Source: a virus (taxonomy: Duplodnaviria; Caudoviricetes). From it: a DNA stretch of 44,713 nucleotides. Location: positions 1 through 44,713 of the IMG/VR virus record IMGVR_UViG_3300023059_000291; one strand, 5' to 3'. Of this stretch, positions 9,501 to 18,475 are shown piece by piece; positions within the stretch are counted from its first letter, which is position 1, and every line of letters starts with the position of its first letter. The notes under the pieces are model-generated. The model saw only the letters and a list, made by a program, of their open reading frames with translations, was not told the origin of the DNA and made no database searches. A program made the translations under genes and the position numbers.

Positions 9501-9963
9501 CAATTAAGTCAGGCGTATCCCAAGCAGCCCCATAAATATCAGCAACACGGCCATTCACCCGCATTTTGTTTTCGCGGTTTGAAAGTTCGTTATTTGCAGA
9601 TGAGGATTGGTTGTTATTCTGGGTGGTTTGGGCAATTGATGGCGCGGGCATTAAAAATGCAATCGCCACACTTAAAACAATAGAAACGATAGCCGCAATG
9701 AGCGCTGGCATACCTTTCGGATTTTCAATCACAATGAAAGTGCCAGGTAAGAAATCAAGCTGCTTTAGGTCGTGAGCATTCTTAGGTGTAACTTCATTGG
9801 CAAAAGAGATCTCCGCATGATCCATGTTGCTTGAAGTATGAAAAATACGAACATGCTCAGGTAAGTATTCATATTTTGAAGTAAGCCATTGCCCGATAGT
9901 TTCGGCATGCTCAATTGTCTTCTCTTCAGACAAAGGATCCTGTATATAAATAATCTTAATCAT
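6520..9963 (-). CDS. Tail tip / host specificity protein (gpJ-like)
   Basis: 1147 aa, last tail gene, N-terminal tail-assembly-like segment (RVADIYG), glycine-rich C-terminal domain. Confidence 0.85.
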   Translation of the reverse strand: MIKIIYIQDPLSEEKTIEHAETIGQWLTSKYEYLPEHVRIFHTSSNMDHAEISFANEVTPKNAHDLKQLDFLPGTFIVIENPKGMPALIAAIVSIVLSVAIAFLMPAPSIAQTTQNNNQSSSANNELSNRENKMRVNGRVADIYGAAWDTPDLIAVPYKVYENNVEVEHLVGCIGRGHYHIKGAYDGETNIVDIAGASVEVFRPGVDIISGQPYFSLGSEITTPPLTVQHQNSVNGQILRPADTQSLEGTNYLQFAYPNEILRAAANNTDLTTKFVSNDRVDISNASFTFNGQTYDLNGTYGVLSVADDRMALSNPAAVNPNWLKLKELANQQTGALSPKLSSIGEKWIGPFILDNLERSRVIFNFVANNGLYTVSSGGNQAAVNVTIEVEVTPVNESGAAIGNPMLKQIILKGSAKSRQTVGATLDMVTFQGRCSVRARRLTPTPAVTTVVDEVKWQALYGAFPLQSTMYEHETVFRARTYATTGALSVKSRKINFDLQRMLPTYKNGAMTTELFPTSSFADALVSMALDDKIGRRTIDEIDIENIYRTYNHIVDYFGTPLAAEFCTTIDDTNLSFEELVTNLCDAVFCTAYRQNNKLKIYFERPTDNSVLLFNFRNIIPDSYKHDLTLGMMDDYDGLIYEYTDPADDSRINIYLPDKGAKNPKEVKSVGVRNKWQARFNAYRLWNKLRFQRKSITFDAAPESELLVLRDRIAVADYRNGIHQSGDVIQQEGLILTLSHDVDFIAGKSYVIYLQMGDGSVDLIPVTAGSAKNKVVLGRLPNGALKLSPDDFVNTIYTVVNDDTKGSLPYLVATKDPVDKFSNTITAVNYDVRYYLNDKDFIDVPVDDSPIYIRYDQLDINLARLYQMQRGDLPTTGEISFIVEAGALVSSSSSLRPETRMVYKFDYNSSPAKQEFIVPAAQELPAIDTGEFPPGLTVNLTIKGSVVGRGGDGGLPHLAFGAWSSDPDYNFTKTRRDGFQGAPGLMNRHSKLNLIIDGGTLARGGSGGGATPSGIYTELTYGVQGVPGGAGAPFGRVMTGQPIYNDTQDWRWYLNGGYLLVVKVTDADAVTPGKGYRTPNSDRYVSPLSGDGGGWGQRGTKSTNSGTSNWNYHGTTEGQPGAGGTAIVGIAPLTTKLINGGRILQTL

Positions 9964-10318
9964 AGTAACTGACCCGACTAAACCCCATTGCTTTAATGAC
10001 GTCTTCAGCTAAATAAGTGACTCCACTCTCCATCAGGTGTAAAACCTTCTGCCCACGAAAAAGCCCCACATGCGGGGGCTTATTTCTTTGTCTTGGATGG
10101 AAGGCGACTATGCAGCCTTCCTTGGGCATGGGCAGCGGATTTAAGAGTTTTAATCTTGATGGAAGAAAAGTAATTTTGCCTTTAGGTTGCATGAACAAAT
10201 TCAAAGCTTCACTCCGATCTACTCCATAAAGATCTAGAGCGGCTTCATGTGCAAAGTGAACACAGTTGTAGTGCTCTTCGTCGTATTGCTTATCAAGTAA
10301 ATGATCATGACTTTTCAT
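9956..10318 (-). CDS. Tail assembly protein, NlpC/P60-like
   Basis: YNCVHF catalytic Cys, HVGLF and LH motifs; position before gpJ-like gene. Confidence 0.85.
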   Translation of the reverse strand: MKSHDHLLDKQYDEEHYNCVHFAHEAALDLYGVDRSEALNLFMQPKGKITFLPSRLKLLNPLPMPKEGCIVAFHPRQRNKPPHVGLFRGQKVLHLMESGVTYLAEDVIKAMGFSRVSYYD

Positions 10319-10821
10319 ACAGCCCCCTTCAGTCCACTAAATCGATCTAATGAAAAGATGTCACCAGTTTTGGAGGTATTTAACCGTGGGGATTCAGCCT
10401 TGAATGTCACAGCTTTATGGTTCATTGAAACACCTGCAAGTTGAAGGCCTAGCAAATAATGAATTGGTGTATTCAAGTTATCTGAACTATAAAGACGGTA
10501 ATTAACAGTAGGTTTCACATCCGCAAATTGGCCTTCCAGCACTCGCTCAAACTCATCCGGCAATATATCGCCAAGACCTGAAACTGAGACGGTTAAAGTC
10601 TGGTCCAGATCACCTAACATTCCGGATCTTTGAATCGTTAAAGGTAAATATTCATAGTAGAACTGGCCTGACCCTTCTTTATGTTGTACATAGACCCCTC
10701 GATCATCATTACGAACAACACGATAAGTATTTAGAAAAGATGGATGTGATAACTCAATACATTCCAGTTGATAAATATCAACTTTACGATTGAGAAAGAA
10801 CTTGGCGTATTCGTTATCCAT
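10315..10821 (-). CDS. Minor tail protein (DUF1833-like)
   Basis: LECIELSHP motif, synteny; ATG at 10821 (MDNEY) preferred. Confidence 0.75.
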   Translation of the reverse strand: MDNEYAKFFLNRKVDIYQLECIELSHPSFLNTYRVVRNDDRGVYVQHKEGSGQFYYEYLPLTIQRSGMLGDLDQTLTVSVSGLGDILPDEFERVLEGQFADVKPTVNYRLYSSDNLNTPIHYLLGLQLAGVSMNHKAVTFKAESPRLNTSKTGDIFSLDRFSGLKGAV

Positions 10822-11219
10822 TACACCACCCAATCACTAATAAGTGCCTGATCAGCAGTAGCGTTAGGTTGGTTTTGGATAACCTCTAATTGAGCAGTTA
10901 CCCGGTAAAGGTTTCCATTCACCTCATTAGTTTTGAATGAGTTGGGAATGAAGTTACATTGGTATTGCTGGCGCGTTCCCTGGTCAATCACCAGATCCGC
11001 ATAAAATGATGCTGGCTTGCTTTGGTAAACACGCCAGAAAGCCATCATTTTATTGAAATCGGTTTTACTTAAATTCCAGTTCACATCGACAATATGGCTA
11101 TTCCGCTTCACATCGATGTAATAGCGTCCACGTCCACCATCCATTTGCTGACGCTTTACATCATCACCCGGTGTTACGCCATAGCCATTTGTTTGAGGAT
11201 TTAGTTTTAACTTGTACAT
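10821..11219 (-). CDS. Distal/minor tail protein
   Basis: First gene after tape measure; size and MDGG..R motif typical of this position. Confidence 0.7.
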   Translation of the reverse strand: MYKLKLNPQTNGYGVTPGDDVKRQQMDGGRGRYYIDVKRNSHIVDVNWNLSKTDFNKMMAFWRVYQSKPASFYADLVIDQGTRQQYQCNFIPNSFKTNEVNGNLYRVTAQLEVIQNQPNATADQALISDWVV

Positions 11220-11268
11220 AACTTTCCTTCAGGTAATAAAAAACCACCTCGAAAGGTGGTTTCGTTCA

Positions 11269-14200
11269 TTAACGATTCCGTCTTGTAGTCGTATTCTCAG
11301 TCAAAGACCGGCTAATTAAAGAGTTTGGATTTTTAATATCCTCACTTACTAATTTCGGTACCGCTCTTGGAAGCTGTTTATCCAACTCTTCTTTAACAAT
11401 GATTCGAACAGTTTTCTCATCCAGTTGTTCTGCTTCAACTGTTGCACCACTTACCTGATTCACAACTTCAATTTTGAAATTGATTGTCGGAGAAGCAGGT
11501 TCGATTGAAGGCATAATCTCAGCTTGAGGACGTGAAGTTTGTCCTAAAGTGAAATCCTGCACATCATCAAGATTTGACCTATCCTGAACTAAGCCATTTG
11601 AAGAGAAGTAAACTTTTCCATCATGGAAAAGATCGGAACTTGCTGAAGTAGAAGAATTTGAAATATTCCTTCCGGTATATCCGCCATTAGCAAAGCCTTT
11701 AGTAATAATCTGATTTTCTCGAACAGGTTGATTAAAAATATTCGAGATACTTTGACTATCATTAAAAGCTTTTGAGCTTAAGAAAGAACGATTAAAGACA
11801 TTCTCTGTAGAAGTGTTGTTTTGAGCATGGTTATTGATAAATGCTTCAGGACCTGAGCTCTTGCGCATATTCTCAACCAATCCAACACCACCCCAACGTT
11901 TAATGTCATCCTGAGACCAGACCACCTCGCCTTTGTGTACAGCACCGGCAACCTGATATTTTCCACCAGATCCAGTGTAACCACCGTCAGCAAAGCCTTG
12001 ATCTTTGATTGCCCGGATATTTGCAATAATACTGGCACCTTGTGCAACAGCCCCAGCAATCAAAGGCAAGTTGTAAGGGAAACCAACTTTTGAAGCTGCT
12101 GCGATATTTTGCTGAATGGCAATACCTGCCGCAGCAATTGCATAAGCTTTATCGGCAGCAAACATGAGTTTGTAGGCTTTAGATTGCTCACCAAACATAG
12201 AACCGAACATAGCTGTGACTGAACCCATCATTTGCCCACCAAGAGCAATCTGAGCGTTTAATCTATCTTGTTGATACTTGTCTTCAACGTCCTTAGTGTT
12301 CTGGGCAAATTCGTTGTAAATTTGACTTCTTTGCTCTTGAGCAGCTTGAATGATTGCTGTTTTCTGGTTTTCAAAATCTTGTTGCTGAATTAATCCAGCT
12401 TCCATTTGTGCATTCAAGCCATCCAGACCATTTTGTTCGTCTAAATCAGCTGCTGCATATTGGCTATCAGCTAAGTCATTGGCAGCACCTAAACGGCTGA
12501 ACCGTTCCTGATCCTGTTTATAGAACTCACTGGTACCATTCATGTCAGCCTGAATACCGCCCCAGTTTTGAACAGCGTTATTTACTTTGTCGCGTGTCTC
12601 TTTGTCCTGTGTGGCTTTAGATAATGCGATTAGCTTTTGCCTCTCTTCAATGGAAAGCTTTGTATTCTTAAGAATCTCCTCTCTTTCAAGTCTATATCGT
12701 TCCTGCATGGCTTGAGTTTCGGAAAGCAAAGATAATCGAGCTTGAAATGATCGTTGCTCTTGAGCCAATTTCATAAGCACGTTTTCTTGCTGATATTGCT
12801 GTTCCAGCAATTCCACAGCCTGCTTTTGTTCTGATTTACTTAATTCAATATCATGAGCCGCGTTAAACTTTTTGCGATCAAAATTTTCTTTAAGTAGCTC
12901 AGCCTCGGATTTCTGGAACTCCTTATAGTCCTCTAGCTTACTTCTTACTGCCTGTTTGGCTATAGCAATATCATTATCCGCACGGCGATTTAATTCTGCC
13001 TTGATTTCGGCTGTACGTTCAGGTGTAAAGCCAGCTTTGTCGACCTCCTCTAGCCTTGTCTTTCTGTTATTGTTAATTCGCTCTACTTCGGTGGCCACTT
13101 CATTTTCTAGTGACCGCTGAAGGTCCTGCTGACGATCAATTTGCGATTGAATATCACCTGAAGCTTTATCACTTCCTTTACTTGCCCCACCTTTAACCTT
13201 GCTTTGCATACTTGGTGATTGGTGAAGAAGTTTTAGGGATACACCATCCTCAAATATCACCTCACTGACATAACCACCACCTTTACTATCGTAATGGGTC
13301 TTAATGTCTTTCACCGCAACATTAGTCGTGATTGGTGTGCCTTCAGGCATCGAAAAATCTATACCCTTATGAAATGAAGAAGCCCCTTTGGTAGGGGCTT
13401 TTCGTGGACCATAATTGGAACTGATTTTATAATTGGATAGAGGTTTGCCACCTGCCTGCAAGCGGGCCAGATGTTCATTAGAAACCTTCTGCCCAGACAT
13501 TGAGCCACCATAACGGACATCGAGATGAGGACCTGTACCAATACCAGATTGGCCAGAAACACCAACTAGGCGTTTTGTGATTTTTTCCTGTTTTTCTAGC
13601 TCTCTTGTTCGCTCCTTGTCCTTATTTACAAGTGCTTCAAGCGCACTTTCCTGACCTACAATCCCTTTAATTATTTTGTCTTGCTCAACAGTAACTCCAG
13701 AATAACCTTTTTTCTGGTTTTCTCGATATGTTTGCAATAACAAATCTGCTTCTTCAACTGATCTACCGTATTTTTTGATAAGTGTAGTTTTGAAAGCAGC
13801 ATCCCACTTACGATCAGCTAAAGTTTTATTGATATCTTTAAGCTTGTCGTGGAGTTGATTAACCTCAGTTACAGCATTTTTAGCTCCTTGCCCAACATCG
13901 TTTAAACCTGCTCTAGCATTTGCTCCAGTTGTTCTTACTAAGTTTAACTCAGCATTAGTTTTGTTAACTGCAATAGTGTTTTCATCAACTTTCTTCTTAC
14001 TGTCAACTAACTGATTAATCTGGTCTGAATTAATAAAATCTAATTGATTTAGTCTTTCAAATGCCTGATTTACTCCTATTGTTTCAGTAGTTAATTCTGC
14101 CCAGATGCGATATGCCTCTGTACTCTTTTTATTGCTATCAGCAATAGTTTGCGTCAATGCTAAGAATTCATTCTGTGATTTTTTAAGTTGAGCTGACTGA

Positions 14201-15669
14201 GAGTTTAATTGCTTAGTTAGTTCTCCTTCAGCTGCACGCTTTTGTGCACCATTGAGTTTAGTAAGTTCATCTGCTGCCATTCCAGCATAACGCGTCTGAT
14301 CCTTAAGCATGTCATTGGCTTCATTGCCATTATCACGCATCAACAAATATCCAGCAGCCAAGGTAGCTACTGTTATTCCCATACCTACTGGACCACCCAA
14401 AACACCTAATAAACTACGGCCCGCACCTAACATAGCACCTGTTAGTCCAACTGCTGCTTTCTGAGCCGTTGCATTACGTGTTTGGGCAACTGCTAAAGTA
14501 GTCTCTGCTGCAGCAAGTTCACGTGTTACCTGAGCTTCTATTTTCTTAATCTCTGCCATACGTGTAATAGATTGAGTGCGCCCAACTGAATTGATCTGTG
14601 ATTTTAAGCGTTCCGCCTCTAATGCTTTTTCCGCAGTCAACGCAGTTAAAGTAGCTTGAGTATTTGCGACTTGAGCTTGAGCAGACTTAACAGCAGATGA
14701 GGATTCAGCCAACTCAGCCAATGCTTTTGAACGACTTGCCTGAATGCTTGCAGTAGTTGCAGCTATATCAGCATAGACAGCTAATGATTTGGCAGTAATT
14801 GCTTTCGTGACATATCCAATACCAATTACGAAAGCACCATCCGCAATCAAATCCAAATTCATTGCAAGAATTTGAATAGCTCCAGCTAAAGACTGTGCAG
14901 CGCCCGAACCCTGCCCAGTTTCACCTACAAATTTAGTAATCCCATTACTCAGCATCTCAAGAGATGCGCCAATAGTTTTATTAGTTTTGCCATAAAGCTG
15001 TTCAACACTATCGCCAGCTTTTAATAAGGCTTTAGTAATAACTTCACCAGTGAGTTTTCCATCAAGCATCATTTGACGGAGTTCACCACGAGTTACGCCT
15101 AACCCTTTTGCCATCGCATTTAGAAGTCCACCTGCACCATCAACTAGGCTGTTATATTCTTCCGCACGTAAAATATTCCCATCAAGGCTCTGACCATATT
15201 GAAAGAGTGCAGCTGCAGCTGATTCAGTATTTGAACCACTAATAGCTACAGCTTTCGAAGTAATTTCAGTAAGTTTCGCTGTTTGTTCTTGAGTTAAATT
15301 TAGTGTTTTTGCATTGGACATATATTTTGAGTACACATCATTGACCGCACTCCAAGATGAAGCAGAACGCTGTGCAATTTCAAAAGTATCATCCATTGCC
15401 TGATTTAATTCTTTTTGATTACTAGTCACTAATTTTAATTTGTTATTAATACCAGTGTAGAGGTCCATCTTACTAATAGCAGCCCCTACTGTTACTAGCC
15501 CAGCCATATAACCTGCTAATGTGCGAGTAGCAACAGACATACGGTCCATGGACTTAGAGGCAAAGTCGCCATTCTTTTCAATACTATTGAGCTCATTGCC
15601 TAGATTGCGCGCGTTACGTTCAGCATTTTGCGAATCAATAACAATGACCAGACGGGATTCTTGTGCCAT
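11269..15669 (-). CDS. Tape measure protein with internal M23 peptidase-like domain
   Basis: 1466 aa Ala/Gln-rich; tape-measure N-domain (QYGQSL..LRAEEYNS); GFADGGYTG C-terminal motif; HKGID and GPHLD motifs. Confidence 0.93.
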   Translation of the reverse strand: MAQESRLVIVIDSQNAERNARNLGNELNSIEKNGDFASKSMDRMSVATRTLAGYMAGLVTVGAAISKMDLYTGINNKLKLVTSNQKELNQAMDDTFEIAQRSASSWSAVNDVYSKYMSNAKTLNLTQEQTAKLTEITSKAVAISGSNTESAAAALFQYGQSLDGNILRAEEYNSLVDGAGGLLNAMAKGLGVTRGELRQMMLDGKLTGEVITKALLKAGDSVEQLYGKTNKTIGASLEMLSNGITKFVGETGQGSGAAQSLAGAIQILAMNLDLIADGAFVIGIGYVTKAITAKSLAVYADIAATTASIQASRSKALAELAESSSAVKSAQAQVANTQATLTALTAEKALEAERLKSQINSVGRTQSITRMAEIKKIEAQVTRELAAAETTLAVAQTRNATAQKAAVGLTGAMLGAGRSLLGVLGGPVGMGITVATLAAGYLLMRDNGNEANDMLKDQTRYAGMAADELTKLNGAQKRAAEGELTKQLNSQSAQLKKSQNEFLALTQTIADSNKKSTEAYRIWAELTTETIGVNQAFERLNQLDFINSDQINQLVDSKKKVDENTIAVNKTNAELNLVRTTGANARAGLNDVGQGAKNAVTEVNQLHDKLKDINKTLADRKWDAAFKTTLIKKYGRSVEEADLLLQTYRENQKKGYSGVTVEQDKIIKGIVGQESALEALVNKDKERTRELEKQEKITKRLVGVSGQSGIGTGPHLDVRYGGSMSGQKVSNEHLARLQAGGKPLSNYKISSNYGPRKAPTKGASSFHKGIDFSMPEGTPITTNVAVKDIKTHYDSKGGGYVSEVIFEDGVSLKLLHQSPSMQSKVKGGASKGSDKASGDIQSQIDRQQDLQRSLENEVATEVERINNNRKTRLEEVDKAGFTPERTAEIKAELNRRADNDIAIAKQAVRSKLEDYKEFQKSEAELLKENFDRKKFNAAHDIELSKSEQKQAVELLEQQYQQENVLMKLAQEQRSFQARLSLLSETQAMQERYRLEREEILKNTKLSIEERQKLIALSKATQDKETRDKVNNAVQNWGGIQADMNGTSEFYKQDQERFSRLGAANDLADSQYAAADLDEQNGLDGLNAQMEAGLIQQQDFENQKTAIIQAAQEQRSQIYNEFAQNTKDVEDKYQQDRLNAQIALGGQMMGSVTAMFGSMFGEQSKAYKLMFAADKAYAIAAAGIAIQQNIAAASKVGFPYNLPLIAGAVAQGASIIANIRAIKDQGFADGGYTGSGGKYQVAGAVHKGEVVWSQDDIKRWGGVGLVENMRKSSGPEAFINNHAQNNTSTENVFNRSFLSSKAFNDSQSISNIFNQPVRENQIITKGFANGGYTGRNISNSSTSASSDLFHDGKVYFSSNGLVQDRSNLDDVQDFTLGQTSRPQAEIMPSIEPASPTINFKIEVVNQVSGATVEAEQLDEKTVRIIVKEELDKQLPRAVPKLVSEDIKNPNSLISRSLTENTTTRRNR

Positions 15670-15729
15670 TTTTACTTTTCTCCAGGCAATAAAAAACCCC
15701 GCAAATGCGGGGTTTAAGGTTTGTTAAGA

Positions 15730-16056
15730 CTAAGACAAATTATTAATACAGCTTATGAATTTATTTTTGGAAAATTCATTAATCTCTTCACGTTGTTTTT
15801 CTTTAGTACTATATTGAGGTCGTTCATAAGCATCTAAAATATATTTTTTGCTTAATTTTTTTTGATTCACACTTGCACTAGTCTTTTCTAAAGAATCAAA
15901 CATAACCTTAATAGAAACACCATCTTGCCTGTTAGTCATAACCATTTCAGCATAATCATAGATCCCTCTACAAAAGCTTTCCTTCATATTTTCATTTGCT
16001 GAAACGTAACTCGAACTCAAGATTAAACAACTTACTATGAGAGCAATCCTCTTCAT
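15730..16056 (-). CDS. Small secreted two-Cys helical protein (moron)
   Basis: Sec signal peptide (VSA cleavage), two Cys in mature part, AT-rich. Confidence 0.7.
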   Translation of the reverse strand: MKRIALIVSCLILSSSYVSANENMKESFCRGIYDYAEMVMTNRQDGVSIKVMFDSLEKTSASVNQKKLSKKYILDAYERPQYSTKEKQREEINEFSKNKFISCINNLS

Positions 16057-16595
16057 CTCGTTACACCTTTATCATACATTCTCATACTAGTTCCTAATCC
16101 AGATTGTGTGATTTCTATCAAATAATCCTTACATTTATAATGATATTCATTGACTTCACCGTATCTAGGATCAGTTTCTTGAGTCAAACTCCAACCAACT
16201 TTAGGTAAACCATATAAGGTTATAAGGGCATCTTTAACTTTGGCAACTGGAAAATCATCCATTCTTAGACTTAATCCAAAACTCAAAATTTTATAATTTT
16301 TTGGATCATAGGTTATGAAGTTAAAATCACTAATTGGTTGACTACCTAACCAAATATCATTTGTCCTATTTAAGATAGAAACACGATATTCCTTTGACCC
16401 TTTTTTGTTAAAAACATCATTCTCAAGTTCAAGCCTTCTATAATCCTTTGATGCTAATTCCTTAACTGATTTCCCCAACCCCACATCACCCACAATAATT
16501 TTATCTTTTGAAATCTCACAACTACCGAGGTTTTTATTTTCTGCCCATAAAGACGAAGACAAACAAATTAACCCTAACAAAATAATTTTTTTCAT
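16053..16595 (-). CDS. Secreted hypothetical protein (moron)
   Basis: Signal peptide MKKIILLGLICLSSSLWA; start at 16595 preferred over upstream in-frame starts. Confidence 0.7.
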   Translation of the reverse strand: MKKIILLGLICLSSSLWAENKNLGSCEISKDKIIVGDVGLGKSVKELASKDYRRLELENDVFNKKGSKEYRVSILNRTNDIWLGSQPISDFNFITYDPKNYKILSFGLSLRMDDFPVAKVKDALITLYGLPKVGWSLTQETDPRYGEVNEYHYKCKDYLIEITQSGLGTSMRMYDKGVTR

Positions 16596-16669
16596 TAATT
16601 TTTCCATTATCACAGTAAGTAGTAGAATTTAGTATTTAACAAAATGAACAACTTTAAATTACCGCAATT

Positions 16670-17116
16670 TTAAGATTCTTCTATCAAGTCATCTTTTAAC
16701 ATTTGCGTATTATTCCCAAACTTTGAGTTTTTACATACATAATTAAAAACTGTATCCTCAACCGACCCAGAAACTATATTGTTAGGTCCTATTATCGAAT
16801 CACTAGTTTCAAGTATATTGCCTTGTTTATCATAAGCTATACCTTTAACCGTAGTAGATGTTCTTGAACTGCAAAAATAATAATCTAGTGTCTTATATTC
16901 CGTAACTATCCCACTATCTAACTGTTCTTTTATATTATTTACCTTTGACCAAACACTTACAGAATTATCATTTGAATGATAATTTAATGTTTCAATATCT
17001 AAATATGTACGTACATCATCTGTTGATTCCGCTACTAATTTCCAGTCTGCTGCATAACCTAGATTAGAAGTTATAAATCCTATAATTAAAATAAAAGCTT
17101 TCACGGAATCACCCAT
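16670..17116 (-). CDS. Secreted protein, surface-adhesin E-like family
   Basis: Signal peptide then WKLVAES..YLD..VSVWSK..FC..VC pattern. Confidence 0.6.
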   Translation of the reverse strand: MGDSVKAFILIIGFITSNLGYAADWKLVAESTDDVRTYLDIETLNYHSNDNSVSVWSKVNNIKEQLDSGIVTEYKTLDYYFCSSRTSTTVKGIAYDKQGNILETSDSIIGPNNIVSGSVEDTVFNYVCKNSKFGNNTQMLKDDLIEES

Positions 17117-17203
17117 TTTTAAAAATGTTTTAATTTAACAATCGCATACTTTTAAGGCAATAAAAAATTATAATCTCTAGTATTTTTGATTAATAAATCA
17201 GTT

Positions 17204-17560
17204 TTAACCACAATTAATAACAAATGCTTTTTCATAAAAGCTAATCACGGCCTCAAAATCTCTTAATAAAATTTCCTCTGTGTAATTAGGTGAAAGCTTT
17301 AGTAAAGCTGGCATGTACTGCTTTTTATAGACTTCAGGGTATGTATTGCACAATATCTCCTGCTTCCGTTGAAGTGGTATATCTCGATTATTTAGGTCAC
17401 CGAGCATCTTCCCTATTACTTTATCCGCACTCATAAATTGCGCTTCAACAGAAGGAGGAAGTGCCCTATTTTCCACTTGTTTAGTGCAGCTAACTAAAGC
17501 CACCAAAGAAATAGAGAACCCCAATGTATATAAAAGTTTTACTAACATATTAATTTTCAA
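17204..17560 (-). CDS. Lipoprotein (moron)
   Basis: Lipobox LVSC after a hydrophobic signal; two further Cys. Confidence 0.75.
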   Translation of the reverse strand: MKINMLVKLLYTLGFSISLVALVSCTKQVENRALPPSVEAQFMSADKVIGKMLGDLNNRDIPLQRKQEILCNTYPEVYKKQYMPALLKLSPNYTEEILLRDFEAVISFYEKAFVINCG

Positions 17561-17640
17561 AATAAATTATTGTTAATATTATATATTTTTGTAATTCAAA
17601 ATACATTATCTAAAATAGCCATCACGAAGATAGCTATTCA

Positions 17641-17970
17641 TTACTTTTTGGATTTAGTTGAAATCTTCTTATGAGCCTCTTCAATAAATAGATTATCCAA
17701 AGCAAAAATACAGTCATTGAAGATATGAACATCAACTGGCATATCATTATGCTCAGCATAGACATTGATAGCCTGCTGATCTAAGCATAACGGTACACTT
17801 TGCTCATATCGTCTAGATCTGATGATCGTGTAAAAGGCTGCAAGGATTGAATCTGCTGCATAAGAATATTCTGGAGGATCTGGAATATGTCCACCTAAGA
17901 ACTTGATTTGTTCGATTTCGTGCGGCGTTTTCGACGAATAGGTTTTTCGATATTTGTAGAGTTCGATGAC
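17641..17970 (-). CDS. Tail assembly chaperone C-terminal extension (gpT-like) reached by -1 frameshift
   Basis: 110-codon open -1 frame VIELYKYRK...KKISTKSKK* after slippery GGGAAAG at 17970-17976. Confidence 0.85.
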   Translation of the reverse strand, partial: VIELYKYRKTYSSKTPHEIEQIKFLGGHIPDPPEYSYAADSILAAFYTIIRSRRYEQSVPLCLDQQAINVYAEHNDMPVDVHIFNDCIFALDNLFIEEAHKKISTKSKK

Positions 17971-18404
17971 TTTCCCAAAATCGTTGCCTTGTCCTTATCT
18001 GCATCCTCCTGGATCTTTTGAGCCTGCTCTTTGATAAATGACCAGATTAATAGGCCAATATCACCAAGGTTAAGTAACTTAGATGCATTTTCAGGCGTGT
18101 AAGGTTGATCAATTTCAACTGTTTCACCATCTACCACTTCAGCAAAAACTACGCCCTTCCAGTCTTCAATTAAATGAGCACCTGCAGCATCTAATAAAAG
18201 CTCATGATAAAGCTTTCCGTTTTCGTCTTTTACCATTACATCATAGCCTTTAGATGAAATCTGATTCCCAGCTTTTTCTAACGCTACTTGAAAGGGTTTA
18301 TAACCAATACCACGGATTTTAAATTCTGCCTGCCCAGCTGCGGTTTCAAACGTACACCACTTCGATACTTCCGAGCTTCGAACAATTCCAACTTTTAAAG
18401 ACAT
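17895..18404 (-). CDS. Tail assembly chaperone (gpG-like)
   Basis: Follows tail tube gene; contains G GGA AAG slippery site in frame (Gly-Lys). Confidence 0.85.
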   Translation of the reverse strand: MSLKVGIVRSSEVSKWCTFETAAGQAEFKIRGIGYKPFQVALEKAGNQISSKGYDVMVKDENGKLYHELLLDAAGAHLIEDWKGVVFAEVVDGETVEIDQPYTPENASKLLNLGDIGLLIWSFIKEQAQKIQEDADKDKATILGKSSNSTNIEKPIRRKRRTKSNKSSS

Positions 18405-18475
18405 ACCAACCTCTGAAATTTAGGAAATAAAAAGGCCCATGGCCCTCCATGAGCCTTGATGTTATTTATGTTGAA

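Noticed and set aside
17813-18004. 63-aa ORF as the gpT-like extension
   Set aside because: Wrong frame; the -1 frame from GGGAAAG runs to 17641
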